Positions 18,176-28,173 of a stretch of 64,000 nucleotides of DNA are shown in pieces. Numbering within the stretch: position 1 is the first letter of the stretch; every line of letters begins with the position of its first letter. The notes under the pieces were generated by a model. That model did not search any database and was not told the DNA's origin. It was given only the letters and a program-made list of their open reading frames with translations. The position numbers were made by a program, and so were the translations under genes. Source of the DNA: an uncultured Planctomycetales bacterium (GTDB taxonomy: Bacteria; Omnitrophota; Gorgyraeia; Gygaellales; Profunditerraquicolaceae). The DNA lies in contig CAZJFL010000007.1 in the NCBI GenBank assembly GCA_964545575.1, positions 31,848 to 95,847 on the forward strand. Direction: 5' to 3'.

Positions 18176-19067
18176 TTTTTCTGGTAATCACGTAATTGGA
18201 GATTAATTTTACCGGCCGATAAGAAAGCTTAACTTTTCTTAGATTTGCCAGCCCCGAATCATCCATAATATTTATATATTTGTAATCCTTTAATTCTAGG
18301 CAAAACTTACGGAAGATAAATTGGGATAAGCCTTTCAGGGAGAGGTCGGTTATTTCATATAAGATGCAAAAAGTATCTTTATTCAGCCTGAAACCGAAAG
18401 TAAAGGCTTTGATTTCGCCTTTTATTTTCACCACCCTGCCGACGACGTTTAATCCGGGGTACCCTGCAAGCAACGCCTCCAGGGCAGCGCGGCTGTCCAG
18501 AAGCATCCCCCGATATACAGGGTCGGTTCTTTTACCCTCCCTCTCCTGCATCCACTCCAGATAGAGCTTAAGGCAATCTTTCTTCTGCCGCCAAGAAAAA
18601 GGCAGGTATTCGTATTTATAATGCTTGATAAAATAATTAAAGAGCGCCCGCTGTGATTTAAACTTATTGCCCTTTAGCCCTGCCAGCTCGTCCCTGGAAC
18701 AGAGGTAGTCTCTAAACTTATCGCGGCAGATATACCCGGCGTCCCGATAAAAAGCCAGATCTTTTTCCTCTATATTTTCTATGCGCGAGATCTCTTTATT
18801 GCGGTTAAAGCGGTCCATAATGTTAAAAACCTTCACCATAAACGCAAGATTTATTTTTTTGCCCAACGGCGCAAGGTATAAGAAACAGCCCGTATTATCC
18901 CGGAAGAATACGCAAAGATTTCCTTCTATCAGCTGCCACTTAATCTGGAAGAGCTTTTTCCAGATATAGATATTGGCAAAGTTGTAGACGGACAGCTCAT
19001 GGCCGGATAGATTTAGGAACCTCTCAAATAACCGCTTGTCTTTGAGGGCGAGAGTATTCAGTTTCAT
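18156..19067 (-). CDS. DUF2156 family protein (GNAT-fold, aminoacyl-tRNA-dependent transferase-like)
   Basis: FANIYIW, DYL....LAGLKGNKF and YINIMDDSGLANLRKVKLSYRP. Confidence 0.75.
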   Translation of the reverse strand: MKLNTLALKDKRLFERFLNLSGHELSVYNFANIYIWKKLFQIKWQLIEGNLCVFFRDNTGCFLYLAPLGKKINLAFMVKVFNIMDRFNRNKEISRIENIEEKDLAFYRDAGYICRDKFRDYLCSRDELAGLKGNKFKSQRALFNYFIKHYKYEYLPFSWRQKKDCLKLYLEWMQEREGKRTDPVYRGMLLDSRAALEALLAGYPGLNVVGRVVKIKGEIKAFTFGFRLNKDTFCILYEITDLSLKGLSQFIFRKFCLELKDYKYINIMDDSGLANLRKVKLSYRPVKLISNYVITRKNVAEYR

Positions 19068-19070
19068 GGT

Positions 19071-19526
19071 TTAAATATTTAATTCTATTAAATCCTGGGC
19101 TTCCTTGTAGGCTTGGATTATCTGGGGGTTGTCCTTTAAGATGTTCCTCTGTTCCGGGCGGTTGAAGAAATCCGCCAGCTTCTGGACATATTCTCCAAAG
19201 CCCTGGGTTCCCGCATTCTCCTGTACAAAAGGGCAATTTAAATCTACGGCCAAGAAAACTTTATTTGCCTTAAAGTTGATCAGGAAAGGGTAAAGCTGGC
19301 ATTCAAAAGGGCGCAGAGGATATATGGTGCACTTATTCTGGGCAGGATTAAAAGAAGCGCAGATAAAACTATCCTCTTTGGCGCCGGGTACCAGTTTGAT
19401 TTTTTCTCTTAAAGATTCTTCCTCCTGGCGCAAAAGACAGGGCGACCAGACCGTGCCCTGGTTGCTGAACCGGCAACAGCCGGGGCACTTTAAACAGACC
19501 TCTTCTGGCACGAATTGTGCGATCAT
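19071..19526 (-). CDS. YkgJ-family cysteine-cluster (CxxCxxCC) protein
   Basis: CLKCPGCC ... C.IY..RPFECQLYPF. Confidence 0.8.
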   Translation of the reverse strand: MIAQFVPEEVCLKCPGCCRFSNQGTVWSPCLLRQEEESLREKIKLVPGAKEDSFICASFNPAQNKCTIYPLRPFECQLYPFLINFKANKVFLAVDLNCPFVQENAGTQGFGEYVQKLADFFNRPEQRNILKDNPQIIQAYKEAQDLIELNI

Positions 19527-19843
19527 TTGACCGTGCTACCCAGCTTAATTTTTCGCTCCGGCGCCACAATAGCCATGCCGGTTTCATCCGCAGCCGCCAG
19601 AATCATCCCCTGGCTTTCTACTCCGCGTAATATCGCCGGCTCTAAATTATCCACCACCACCACTTGCTTGCCTACCAACTCTTCTTTTGAATATGCGCTC
19701 TTTATCCCGGCGACCACCTGTTTGGTCTTATCCCCTAAATCAACGGTGATCACATAAAGCCTGTCGGCATTAGGATGGTCGCTAACCTCTTTGATTTCTG
19801 CTACTTTTAGCTCTAATTTTTTAAATTCCTCAAAGGTAATCAT
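19523..19843 (-). CDS. Stand-alone tRNA-binding OB domain (MetG C-terminal/Trbp111/CsaA-like)
   Basis: ITFEEFKKLELKVAEI, HPNADRL and NLEPA.LRGVESQGMILAA. Confidence 0.88.
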   Translation of the reverse strand: MITFEEFKKLELKVAEIKEVSDHPNADRLYVITVDLGDKTKQVVAGIKSAYSKEELVGKQVVVVDNLEPAILRGVESQGMILAAADETGMAIVAPERKIKLGSTVK

Positions 19844-19874
19844 TTTATCTCCTTTAGCCTAAGGAAATATTTTG

Positions 19875-20116
19875 TAAATAAATTAGCGAGTTATTTGCTT
19901 GTCGGATTTATCTGGACATGCACTTAGCTCGCTATTTTGCTTGTTAATTCGCCCGCTATTACTTGTCGGCGAATTATCCCGAGTCCGCCGAAGACGGACG
20001 AGGGACTGCAAAAAATCAAACATGCACTCCGCTCGCTAAACCGCTTGTCGCGGTTTGCCTTTGAGGCCGCTCGCTTGAGTGCCGTTTCAATTTTGCTTGT
20101 CGCAAAATTGAAACGG
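19875..20116. repeat. Cluster of hairpins sharing a CTTGTC core downstream of tRNA-Asp
   Basis: ccgtttcaattttgc-ttgtc-gcaaaattgaaacgg and aaaccgc-ttgtc-gcggttt; further cttgtc/cttgtt copies near 19898, 19940 and 19962. Confidence 0.6.
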
Positions 20117-20189
20117 GGTCGACGAGATTTGAACTCGCGATCTTCGCCGTGACAGGGCGACGTGTTAGACCAGGCTACACCACGACCCC
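20114..20189 (-). tRNA. tRNA-Asp (GTC), CCA not encoded
   Basis: GGGGTCG...TCGCC-CTGTCAC-GGCGA...GTTCAAATC...CGACCCCG cloverleaf. Confidence 0.95.
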
Positions 20190-20248
20190 AAAATAAGGAA
20201 TAAATTCTAACTTAAAATACTGCTTTAGGCAATGCCTTTTTATAAAAA

Positions 20249-20325
20249 TGGTGGGCGCTAGAGGACTTGAACCCCCGACCTGTTGAATGTAAGTCAACCG
20301 CTCTAACCAACTGAGCTAAGCGCCC
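20249..20325 (-). tRNA. tRNA-Val (TAC)
   Basis: GGGCGCT...GTTGA-CTTACAT-TCAAC...GTTCAAGTC...AGCGCCCACCA. Confidence 0.95.
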
Positions 20326-20353
20326 GTTTTAATTCCAAGGAACAATACTTTTT

Positions 20354-20812
20354 TTACCCTCCGGCTAAACGACCTAAAAAGACGATGGTAAAAACCATGA
20401 CTAAGAGCGCAACGGTCTCGGTCATGCCTAAGACCACCATGTAATTGCCGAACCCTTTGCCGGTCTCACCCATGGCGTCGCAGGCTACTGCCGCGCACTT
20501 GCCCTGCCAGTAGGCAGATAAGCCAATTGCCGCTCCGGCAAAAAGCCCAGCACTCCAGAGATACTGGCCGCTTAAAGTCAGGGAAAGCATGCGGTTCATT
20601 ACAATAAAACCGTAAATTGTCTGGGTTAAAGGCGCAGCAGTCAGAGCCACCAGCAAAAAAGAAGCGGTTTTGTTCTGGATAAAGCTCTTTTTCCAGGCGC
20701 CGATAGCGCTCATCCCGGCAATTCCAGTCCCTGCCGCCGAGCCAAACGCTGCCAATGCCAAAACCATTACCGCTCCCAAATCCTTAAATTGTGCCAAGAT
20801 ATTCTGTTCCAT
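20354..20812 (-). CDS. atpK: V/A-type ATPase proteolipid subunit K (probably Na+-binding)
   Basis: Four TM helices; PLTQTIYG, YWQG and a single Glu in TETVA. Confidence 0.9.
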   Translation of the reverse strand: MEQNILAQFKDLGAVMVLALAAFGSAAGTGIAGMSAIGAWKKSFIQNKTASFLLVALTAAPLTQTIYGFIVMNRMLSLTLSGQYLWSAGLFAGAAIGLSAYWQGKCAAVACDAMGETGKGFGNYMVVLGMTETVALLVMVFTIVFLGRLAGG

Positions 20813-22591
20813 CTAAAGACTCCTTTCTTCATTTAAGTCTTCTAGCGGCTTATAAGATACGCCACTCCAGGATAAACCTGCGTGGCCCGAAAACTCCAAA
20901 ACATTCAGGCGCACGCCGTGCACCAAAACCGACATCGGGCCCAAAACCATATTAATACTATGGCCCAAAAATAAAATCAAGGCCTTAAGCAGAAAATTAT
21001 CGCCGAAACCCGCAGCCAGAGCATTCACCGTATTGGAAATGGTCACTCCTGCCAGGCCCACGGCAAAAATACGCACGTAGGAGACCACGTCGGTAAAATT
21101 ATTCATTAAACTTAAAGCCAGAGTCCCTAATCCCTTCGCGAGCATCTTCAAAATATTTTTTTGTGGGCTGCTAAAAATAACCACCAGAGCGATACCGGAT
21201 ATAATCATTTTGTTTACGAAAGCCGGATACGTAGCATCTAAAATCAGAGTCCGGGCGATAAAAAACCCCGACCAGAGCAGTATAATCCAACCCAAATCTG
21301 TCAACGCGGCCAGGGAAGGCATCTTACGTATCCCCTGCATTGCGTGGGCTAAAGTAAGATGCAATGCCCCTAAAAAGAAACAAAAGGCCTGCAAGAATTT
21401 AAGGTCATTTAATATGGGTATAATCGGCTTAAAGCCGGCTGCTAAGTACCAATCCTGGCCGAATACGGTTCCGGTAATCAGGCCCCAGAAAATCGCGCAG
21501 GCGCTGAAAAGATAAAAAAGGAAAAATACCCTTTGATCCTTTGCTCGCCTGGAAAACTTCTTCTGCAGCAGGAAGGTAAGCAGAAAATACAGCGCCCCGT
21601 ATCCGGCGTCACCGATAATCATACCGAAAAACAAACTTAAGAAAAGAAGAAACACCGGGCTGATATCCAGTTCGCGGTAACCCGGGATAATCTCCAACAG
21701 CCTGAATACCGGCCTGATCAAAGCCACCCAACGCGGATTGCGGATTAAAGTAGGTACGACGTCTTCTGCGCTTGGCTCTTCAATGAGAAAGCCCCAATTT
21801 TCTCTAGCGGCGGTTTTTTCTAAGAGTATTGCTTTATCAAAAGGAATGAAACCCCTTAAATAAACAAAGCTTTCTATCTGACCCATGCCTCTAAGTGCTT
21901 CGGAAAATTCTATTTTTTTCACTAACTGCGCCTTTATTGCTTTGAAGCCGCCTAGATATGCCAGATATTTACAGATATCATCCCGGATAATCGCCATCAT
22001 CCGGCCGTCTTCATATAAGCGCTTGCGTATATCTTCCAGGCCCATTTTAGGCAGGGGGATTTCTCCAAAAGAGACCTTTATTTCCTGCCGCGCAATTAAC
22101 AGGTAATACCCAACGCCTGCACTGGCATATATTTGCCTGGCGATTAACCCTGCGGGAAGAGTTTTTATTTCTTTAAGCGGCACTTCGTACAGGCCGATAT
22201 AAATACCCTTCTGGCGCAATGCTTCGATTTGCGCCGGATCAAAATCGCCCCAAGGCTGCCATTGCGCAACCTGAGCCCTTAAGGTAAGGGCATATTCTTC
22301 TAGGTGGATAAGCCGTTTATATAAATCCATAAGGTGTTTGGCGATAAACTGCCAGTCTATGGGGGCCTGTTTTTGCTGCGTTTGCTTTTGTTTTAAAAAT
22401 TCCGGTGCCGAGAGTATTTCTATGGCACGGTTTGCCAAAGCTAAATCTTCCTTAAGGACAGCGATATCCTCGCCCCTAGGCTGCTTTTGGTGCTCCACGT
22501 GCATGATACCTAGAGAGCGCAATTTAACCAATGCGTCTGGCGCATCTTTTGCTTGCGCTATCACCGTAGCTTTTTTCATCGGCACAATCAT
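20813..22591 (-). CDS. atpI: V/A-type ATPase subunit I
   Basis: MIVPMKK start (ATGA overlap with atpD), FFGMIIGDAGYG, DVVSYVRIFA and HGVRLNVLEF. Confidence 0.93.
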   Translation of the reverse strand: MIVPMKKATVIAQAKDAPDALVKLRSLGIMHVEHQKQPRGEDIAVLKEDLALANRAIEILSAPEFLKQKQTQQKQAPIDWQFIAKHLMDLYKRLIHLEEYALTLRAQVAQWQPWGDFDPAQIEALRQKGIYIGLYEVPLKEIKTLPAGLIARQIYASAGVGYYLLIARQEIKVSFGEIPLPKMGLEDIRKRLYEDGRMMAIIRDDICKYLAYLGGFKAIKAQLVKKIEFSEALRGMGQIESFVYLRGFIPFDKAILLEKTAARENWGFLIEEPSAEDVVPTLIRNPRWVALIRPVFRLLEIIPGYRELDISPVFLLFLSLFFGMIIGDAGYGALYFLLTFLLQKKFSRRAKDQRVFFLFYLFSACAIFWGLITGTVFGQDWYLAAGFKPIIPILNDLKFLQAFCFFLGALHLTLAHAMQGIRKMPSLAALTDLGWIILLWSGFFIARTLILDATYPAFVNKMIISGIALVVIFSSPQKNILKMLAKGLGTLALSLMNNFTDVVSYVRIFAVGLAGVTISNTVNALAAGFGDNFLLKALILFLGHSINMVLGPMSVLVHGVRLNVLEFSGHAGLSWSGVSYKPLEDLNEERSL

Positions 22592-23202
22592 GCGAGTACC
22601 TCTTTTAGTTCTACCGCCTCTATTTTTCTCTTGGCCATCTTGCATCTGCCTACGGCATTAGCCATCTGGTCACCGATATAAATTTTAATTAGGCGGATGG
22701 CTTCTTCTGCCTCCGGAATTTTCACTTTTTCAAAAAGATTGACCCGCTGGGTAGTGATGCGCAGCTCCTGGCGCAAGATTTCTATGCCTCTTTCGATAAC
22801 GCCTGTTTCTACGCGTAAAACATTGACCGCCCTTAAAGCATCTATTGCCCCGTCCACCCACAGCGGCGTGGTAAATAAGTCGTAACCAGGCTGATTAAAT
22901 TCTGCGCGCGTAAAAACAACTAAGTCTGTGCCCGCAATATTGCGGACAGCGGTAATAATCTTCTCGGCGATAATAAAAGGTTTTATCTCTACCGGGTCGC
23001 TAAGTAAGCCCGCCCACGCTTCTATGGCTTTTCTCTTTGCCTCTTCGGCGCGCTTTTTCTCATCCCGCAGATTCAGCTGATGCAGTATCTCCATCTGCAG
23101 CTGTTGTTTTTTTAGCTGCAGGGTAGGCAGATAGCGCTGGTATTGCCTCAAGGAATCGCGCTGCCGCTTTAATTCTCCTTTGGTAAGCTTTATCTTCGCC
23201 AT
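22588..23202 (-). CDS. atpD: V/A-type ATPase subunit D
   Basis: KLTKGEL, LPTLQLKK and TTQRVNLFEKVKIP. Confidence 0.93.
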   Translation of the reverse strand: MAKIKLTKGELKRQRDSLRQYQRYLPTLQLKKQQLQMEILHQLNLRDEKKRAEEAKRKAIEAWAGLLSDPVEIKPFIIAEKIITAVRNIAGTDLVVFTRAEFNQPGYDLFTTPLWVDGAIDALRAVNVLRVETGVIERGIEILRQELRITTQRVNLFEKVKIPEAEEAIRLIKIYIGDQMANAVGRCKMAKRKIEAVELKEVLA

Positions 23203-23207
23203 AAAAA

Positions 23208-23243
23208 TTACTAGTTACGAGTTACTAGTTTACTAGTTACTGA
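23208..23243. repeat. Intergenic TTACTAG heptamer run
   Basis: ttactag ttacgag ttactag t-ttactag ttactga. Confidence 0.65.
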
Positions 23244-23254
23244 ATTTTAGGCCA

Positions 23255-23300
23255 GTCCCCGCAGAAGGCGGGACACCAAACCATCCGATAGGTTTGGGTG
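23255..23300. repeat. Dispersed double-hairpin element, copy 1
   Basis: gtccccgc-agaag-gcgggac followed by cacc-aaacc-ATCCGATA-ggttt-g-ggtg. Confidence 0.8.
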
Positions 23301-23301
23301 C

Positions 23302-24600
23302 TTAACCTGTTTTTGGCCAGTATTTCTCTATCAGCGACATCTTTATCCCGGTTTCTTCTGGGGTAAAATTTTCTGCCATCAGCCGCCAGCCCAAATCCAG
23401 CGCTTCTTCCAGCGGGATATTCACTTCCAAAGACATCATCTCTTTTTCAAATAACACGCCGTATTTAAGCAGTTTTTTATCCCAGGAGTTCATCTGAAAC
23501 CCCATTGCCCGCTTCTCTAATGTAGAACGGTATTGGGCAAACAATTGAATCATTGTATCCATCACCGTGCGGTGGTCGGCCCTAGTCTTACCATTGACCT
23601 GCTGCTTCAGGCGGGAGAGCGACCCAAAAGGCTCAATCACCGAACTTTTAAGGTAAAATTGGCCTTCGGTAATGTAGCCGGTATTATCCGGAACCGGATG
23701 CGTCACATCGTCTCCGGGCATGGTTGTTGCCGCCAGAATGGTGATCGAGCCGGCAGTATCAAAATCAACCGCCTTTTCATAACGGCTGGCTAATTGGCTG
23801 TATAGATCTCCGGGATAACCGCGGTTAGAAGGAACCTGCTCCATAGTAATTGAGATTTCCTTCAGGGCATCGCAGAAATTAGTCATATCCGTCAGGAGGA
23901 CCAGGACGCGCTTACCACCAAGAGCAAAATTTTCCGCCACCGCCAAGCTGATATCCGGTACAAGTAGGCATTCCACTGTCGGGTCGGCGGCAGTATGGAT
24001 AAAAAATACGCACTTAGACAAAGCGCCGTGTGTCTCTAAAGTATCGCGGAAGAAAAGATAATCGTCGTATTTTAAGCCCATCCCGCCTAAAATAATAATA
24101 TCTACCTCTGCCTGAATGGCAATCCTGGCTAATAATTCATTGTAAGGCTCTCCGGCAATGGAAAAAATCGGCAATTTCTGCGACTCAACCAGAGAATTAA
24201 AGACATCGATCATGGGAATACCGGTACGGATCATCTTGTTAGGAATAATCCTTTTTACCGGATTTACCGGCGGCCCGGCAATATCGGTCAGGTTGTCAGA
24301 AAGTATCGGGCCTAAATCCCGCGGCAGGCCGCTGCCGTTAAAAATGCGGCCCAGGAGGTCTCTTCCCGTAGCAATGCGCATGGGATGCCCCAAGAAGCGC
24401 ACTTTATCCTCGGTAGAAATCCCTTTGCTTCCTGCAAAGACCTGTAAATCCACACGCCTGCCGCTTAACCTGATCACCTGGGCCAGTGATTTACCGCGCT
24501 GCGTAGCTACTTCGGCAATATCCGAGTAGCCCACGCCTTCGGCCTCTACCGTAATCACGTCTCCGGCAATCTGAATAATATCAGTATAAACCTTATGCAT
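23302..24600 (-). CDS. atpB: V/A-type ATPase subunit B
   Basis: [16 protein letters not shown] and [18 protein letters not shown]. Confidence 0.95.
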   Translation of the reverse strand: MHKVYTDIIQIAGDVITVEAEGVGYSDIAEVATQRGKSLAQVIRLSGRRVDLQVFAGSKGISTEDKVRFLGHPMRIATGRDLLGRIFNGSGLPRDLGPILSDNLTDIAGPPVNPVKRIIPNKMIRTGIPMIDVFNSLVESQKLPIFSIAGEPYNELLARIAIQAEVDIIILGGMGLKYDDYLFFRDTLETHGALSKCVFFIHTAADPTVECLLVPDISLAVAENFALGGKRVLVLLTDMTNFCDALKEISITMEQVPSNRGYPGDLYSQLASRYEKAVDFDTAGSITILAATTMPGDDVTHPVPDNTGYITEGQFYLKSSVIEPFGSLSRLKQQVNGKTRADHRTVMDTMIQLFAQYRSTLEKRAMGFQMNSWDKKLLKYGVLFEKEMMSLEVNIPLEEALDLGWRLMAENFTPEETGIKMSLIEKYWPKTG

Positions 24601-24603
24601 AAA

Positions 24604-26346
24604 TTAACCTTTGCCCTGGATAACTTTTTCCTTCAATATGGCGGAGATCTTGTTCTCCCGACTTTTGAAATCCTGGCTCTGCCATTCCAGGGAATTCCAT
24701 TCGCGGAACTGCTGCCTTAATACCTGAAAGAAATGCAGGGCTTCTTCTTTATTGCTAAAAGTAAATTCCGCCTCCAGGATTTCGTAAATAAAATGGAAAA
24801 TATATTTTTGCCGCTCTCGGGAGGTGGCTTCATCTACTTTATCAAAGGCATTCTGCTGTAAATAAACAAAATCCAGGAATTCTCCCTTAAGATAATCGAC
24901 GTAGTCATTTAAAGAAGTCCCTTCTTCACCGACGACTTTCATCATCTGGGCTACATCATTGGCTTTGCGCAAGATACGGCGGCCGACCTCTGCCTCTTTT
25001 GCGTCGATAAAGCTTTGATATTTGCTCCAGCTGATCAACGGGTCGATTGCCGGGTAACGCCGGGCATCCGAACGCTCGCGGGAAAGCCCGTGAAAAGCGC
25101 CCACCACTTTCAGGGTGGCCTGGGTCACCGGTTCTTCAAAATTTCCTCCGGCAGGGCTGACCGTGCCTCCGATGGTGACTGAGCCGGTTTTACCGTCGTG
25201 TAGTTTCACCAGGCCCGCCCGCTCATAGAAAGAGGCGATGCGCGACTCCAGATACGCCGGGAATGCTTCCTCTCCCGGGATCTCTTCCAGCCGACCAGAC
25301 ATCTCCCGCATCGCCTGGGCCCAGCGGGAAGTGGAATCCGCCAAGAGCAAAACCTGCAGGCCCATCTGGCGGTAATACTCGGCAATCGTTACTGCGGTAT
25401 AAACGCTGGACTCTCTGGCTGCCACCGGCATAGAGCTAGTGTTACAAATAATTACGGTACGGTCGCTTAAAGGCCGGCCGGTGCGCGGGTCAGTGATTTC
25501 AGGAAAAGTCTTTAATGTCTCCACCACTTCTCCGGCGCGCTCTCCGCAGGCAGCAATTACCACCACATCCGCCTCGGCATGCCGGCTGGTGAGTTGCTGT
25601 AAAACAGTTTTTCCTGCGCCAAAAGGCCCAGGGATACAATAAGTCCCCCCCTTAGCCACGGGAAACAAAGAATCGATGGTGCGCATTTTGGTAATCAAGG
25701 GCTCAGTCGGCATTAATTTCTCGGCATAAGCGCGGATAGGAATCTTAACCGGCCATTTCTGCTGCAGAAAGCACTCTTGGATTTTTCCGTTTGCATCTTT
25801 AAGTTTAACGATGCATTGCTTTAGATTATATCTGCCGGCCTTGGCAACACTTACTACCTCAAACGCCCCCTTAAGGCCAAAGGGGACCATGATATAATGC
25901 TTAAGAATTTTTTCGGGGACAAAACCTAAATTTTGTCCGGCGATTACAGCCTCTCCCTCTTTTACCAAAGGAGTAAAATCCCAAACTGATTCATCCGGCA
26001 GGGGGTCAACATAGATTCCGCGTTTCAGGAAGAAGCCACACTTTTCGGCTAAAATAGGCAGGGGATTTTGTAGGCCGTCAAAAATCTGGCCTAAAAGGCC
26101 GGGGCCTAATTCCGCCGATAAAAGCTCGCCGCTAAACTCCACTTCCAGGCCGATTTTCAGGCCTTTGGTATTTTCGTAAACCTGCAATTCCACGGATTTG
26201 GCGCGCACGCGGATGACCTCGCTTTTCAAGCGCTCATCGCCGCATAAAATATAGGCCACTTCGTTCTGGATCACGAAAGTTTCCAGGGAGGCGCTGACCA
26301 TGTTGCCGCTAATGCTATTGATGTAACCTGTTCTTTTTTCTGGCAT
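24604..26346 (-). CDS. atpA: V/A-type ATPase subunit A
   Basis: PGPFGAGKT, ACGERAGE, LLADSTSRWA and PAIDPLISWS. Confidence 0.96.
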   Translation of the reverse strand: MPEKRTGYINSISGNMVSASLETFVIQNEVAYILCGDERLKSEVIRVRAKSVELQVYENTKGLKIGLEVEFSGELLSAELGPGLLGQIFDGLQNPLPILAEKCGFFLKRGIYVDPLPDESVWDFTPLVKEGEAVIAGQNLGFVPEKILKHYIMVPFGLKGAFEVVSVAKAGRYNLKQCIVKLKDANGKIQECFLQQKWPVKIPIRAYAEKLMPTEPLITKMRTIDSLFPVAKGGTYCIPGPFGAGKTVLQQLTSRHAEADVVVIAACGERAGEVVETLKTFPEITDPRTGRPLSDRTVIICNTSSMPVAARESSVYTAVTIAEYYRQMGLQVLLLADSTSRWAQAMREMSGRLEEIPGEEAFPAYLESRIASFYERAGLVKLHDGKTGSVTIGGTVSPAGGNFEEPVTQATLKVVGAFHGLSRERSDARRYPAIDPLISWSKYQSFIDAKEAEVGRRILRKANDVAQMMKVVGEEGTSLNDYVDYLKGEFLDFVYLQQNAFDKVDEATSRERQKYIFHFIYEILEAEFTFSNKEEALHFFQVLRQQFREWNSLEWQSQDFKSRENKISAILKEKVIQGKG

Positions 26347-26355
26347 CTTGAGAAC

Positions 26356-26880
26356 CTATACTAAGACTGTCTGGAGTAATTCCTGCCTATCCGCGGCATT
26401 GATCCTTTGCCAGCGTTCCAGGATTAGTAATTTTTGTAAATAGATTAATAAAAGTTCCAAATCAAAATAGTGGCCTGCTGCCAGTTCATCCAGATAATGC
26501 CAGCGCGCCTCATCCAGCGCTAGCTCTGCTTCTAGCAAAGATGGATTCCTGCAGGCAGTGCCGGCGATATGCAAGACGTCCGCACTAAAATATCCGTCGG
26601 GGCGCAGGAATTTTGCCGGGTCAAGATGTTTACGGCCAGCCCTGATTTTAGCGATTTCATTGTTCAGGGCAATATTAAAAGCGCACCATTTCTTTAAGGC
26701 CTGCGATGATCCGGCATAAGAAAAATCGCTGCCGATAGCGACGGACTGTCTTAAAATAATCGCGTCCTTTTCATCTATCAGTTCGCCGCACATCCGGATA
26801 AATTTTTCCGCAAGAAATGGAGGCGCTGCCCCAAAATGTAATGCCGGAAGGCTGGAGACAATATAAACGTAAAATGACAT
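26356..26880 (-). CDS. DUF2764 protein (putative V/A-ATPase subunit C equivalent)
   Basis: YIVSSLP.L..G motif; lies between subunits E and A, as in Chlamydia/spirochaete-type operons. Confidence 0.75.
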   Translation of the reverse strand: MSFYVYIVSSLPALHFGAAPPFLAEKFIRMCGELIDEKDAIILRQSVAIGSDFSYAGSSQALKKWCAFNIALNNEIAKIRAGRKHLDPAKFLRPDGYFSADVLHIAGTACRNPSLLEAELALDEARWHYLDELAAGHYFDLELLLIYLQKLLILERWQRINAADRQELLQTVLV

Positions 26881-26881
26881 C

Positions 26882-27490
26882 TTAATCTTCTACCGGGGCT
26901 TTAAGTATTTCGTTTAGGCCGGGCTTAAGGTAAAGGCTGATATATTCGCCTAAGGCCTGGTCGCTAAAATCAAACTCGGATTTACCGCCGTCGAAACTGA
27001 TCACAAAGCCTGCCTGGATATCTTCGGTGGGCCGGATTACTATTTTCTGCTTCGCCGCATCTTTCAAGGTTGCCAAAAAGCCGGTTAATTCTTTAACCTC
27101 TTTTTTAGCCAAAGAGATGACGATATCTTCTTTGGCCTCGCCGCCGTATTCTTTTATAAAGCCAAGAATGATCCTGGCCAGCTCATCGGGTTTTAAGGCC
27201 TGCCGCACTTCGGCAGTAATTAATCTCTGGAGCATGGCATTGATTTCCCGACGCAAAGAAATCAGCATATCCCGGCCGGCCTGCTCAAGAAGGGCCTGCG
27301 TGCTCTCGCCGGTCCTTTTGGCTTCCTGCCGGCCTTGAGCAATAATTTTTTCTGCTTCTAGCCTCGCTTGCCTTAAAACAGATTCTGCCCTCTCTTTTGC
27401 CTCTGCCTCAATCTGTTTGGCCTTAACATCGGCGGCCTGAATGCCTTCTTTTTGAATCTTTTCAATTAAATTCTTTATATCTTCGGGCAT
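26882..27490 (-). CDS. atpE: V/A-type ATPase subunit E
   Basis: LIEKIQKEGI coiled coil; C-terminal GFVI...DFSD. Confidence 0.85.
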   Translation of the reverse strand: MPEDIKNLIEKIQKEGIQAADVKAKQIEAEAKERAESVLRQARLEAEKIIAQGRQEAKRTGESTQALLEQAGRDMLISLRREINAMLQRLITAEVRQALKPDELARIILGFIKEYGGEAKEDIVISLAKKEVKELTGFLATLKDAAKQKIVIRPTEDIQAGFVISFDGGKSEFDFSDQALGEYISLYLKPGLNEILKAPVED

Positions 27491-28173
27491 AATTCTCTCC
27501 TGATTTCTTGCGCGGCTAAGAGCGGATTTGGCGCTCCCAGTATCGGCCGGCCGACTACGATATAATCTACCCCGGCTCCCGCTGCTGCCGCAGGGGTGGC
27601 GATCCTCTGCTGATCGCCTTTTGCTGCTGCCTTAGGCCTGATACCGGGGGTGACGATAAGAAAATTTTTTCCCAGATGCTTTCGCAATATCACTGCCTCC
27701 TGCACGGAACAGACTACCCCGTCTAAGCCGCATCTTTTAGCCATTTTCGCCAGGTAAAGAACCTCTAGAGCCAACGTCCTTTTAATTTTTAAATCTTTTA
27801 AGAAGTTTGCAGAGATGCTGGTCAAGATAGTCACGCCCAGCGCTTTGGTTTTGCTGCCGCGGCAGGCACTCGCTACTTCTTTTAAAGCCGCCGGCCCGGA
27901 TAAAGTATGCACGGTAAACATCGCCACCTTATGCCTGGCTGCTTCCCTGGCTGCCCCGGCCATAGTATTGGGGATATCATTAAATTTTAAATCCAGGAAA
28001 ACCCCTGAGCCGATTTTACGGATGTCCTGAATGATTTTTGGCCCGCAGGCAGTATAAAGTTGTAGCCCTACTTTAAATATTTTTACCTCCGGGTAGAGTA
28101 ATTTAACCCAGCGCATTGCCTGTTTGTAGTTATCTACGTCTAAAGCCACGATTAATTTAGGATTTTTACTCAT
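27475..28173 (-). CDS. pyrF: Orotidine-5'-phosphate decarboxylase
   Basis: IVALD, FLDLKFNDIPNT, VTPGIR and VVGRPI. Confidence 0.95.
   Translation of the reverse strand: MSKNPKLIVALDVDNYKQAMRWVKLLYPEVKIFKVGLQLYTACGPKIIQDIRKIGSGVFLDLKFNDIPNTMAGAAREAARHKVAMFTVHTLSGPAALKEVASACRGSKTKALGVTILTSISANFLKDLKIKRTLALEVLYLAKMAKRCGLDGVVCSVQEAVILRKHLGKNFLIVTPGIRPKAAAKGDQQRIATPAAAAGAGVDYIVVGRPILGAPNPLLAAQEIRRELCPKI

Noticed and set aside
19937-20152. 71-aa plus-strand ORF
   Set aside because: It is antisense to tRNA-Asp and the hairpin cluster, with no coding features.
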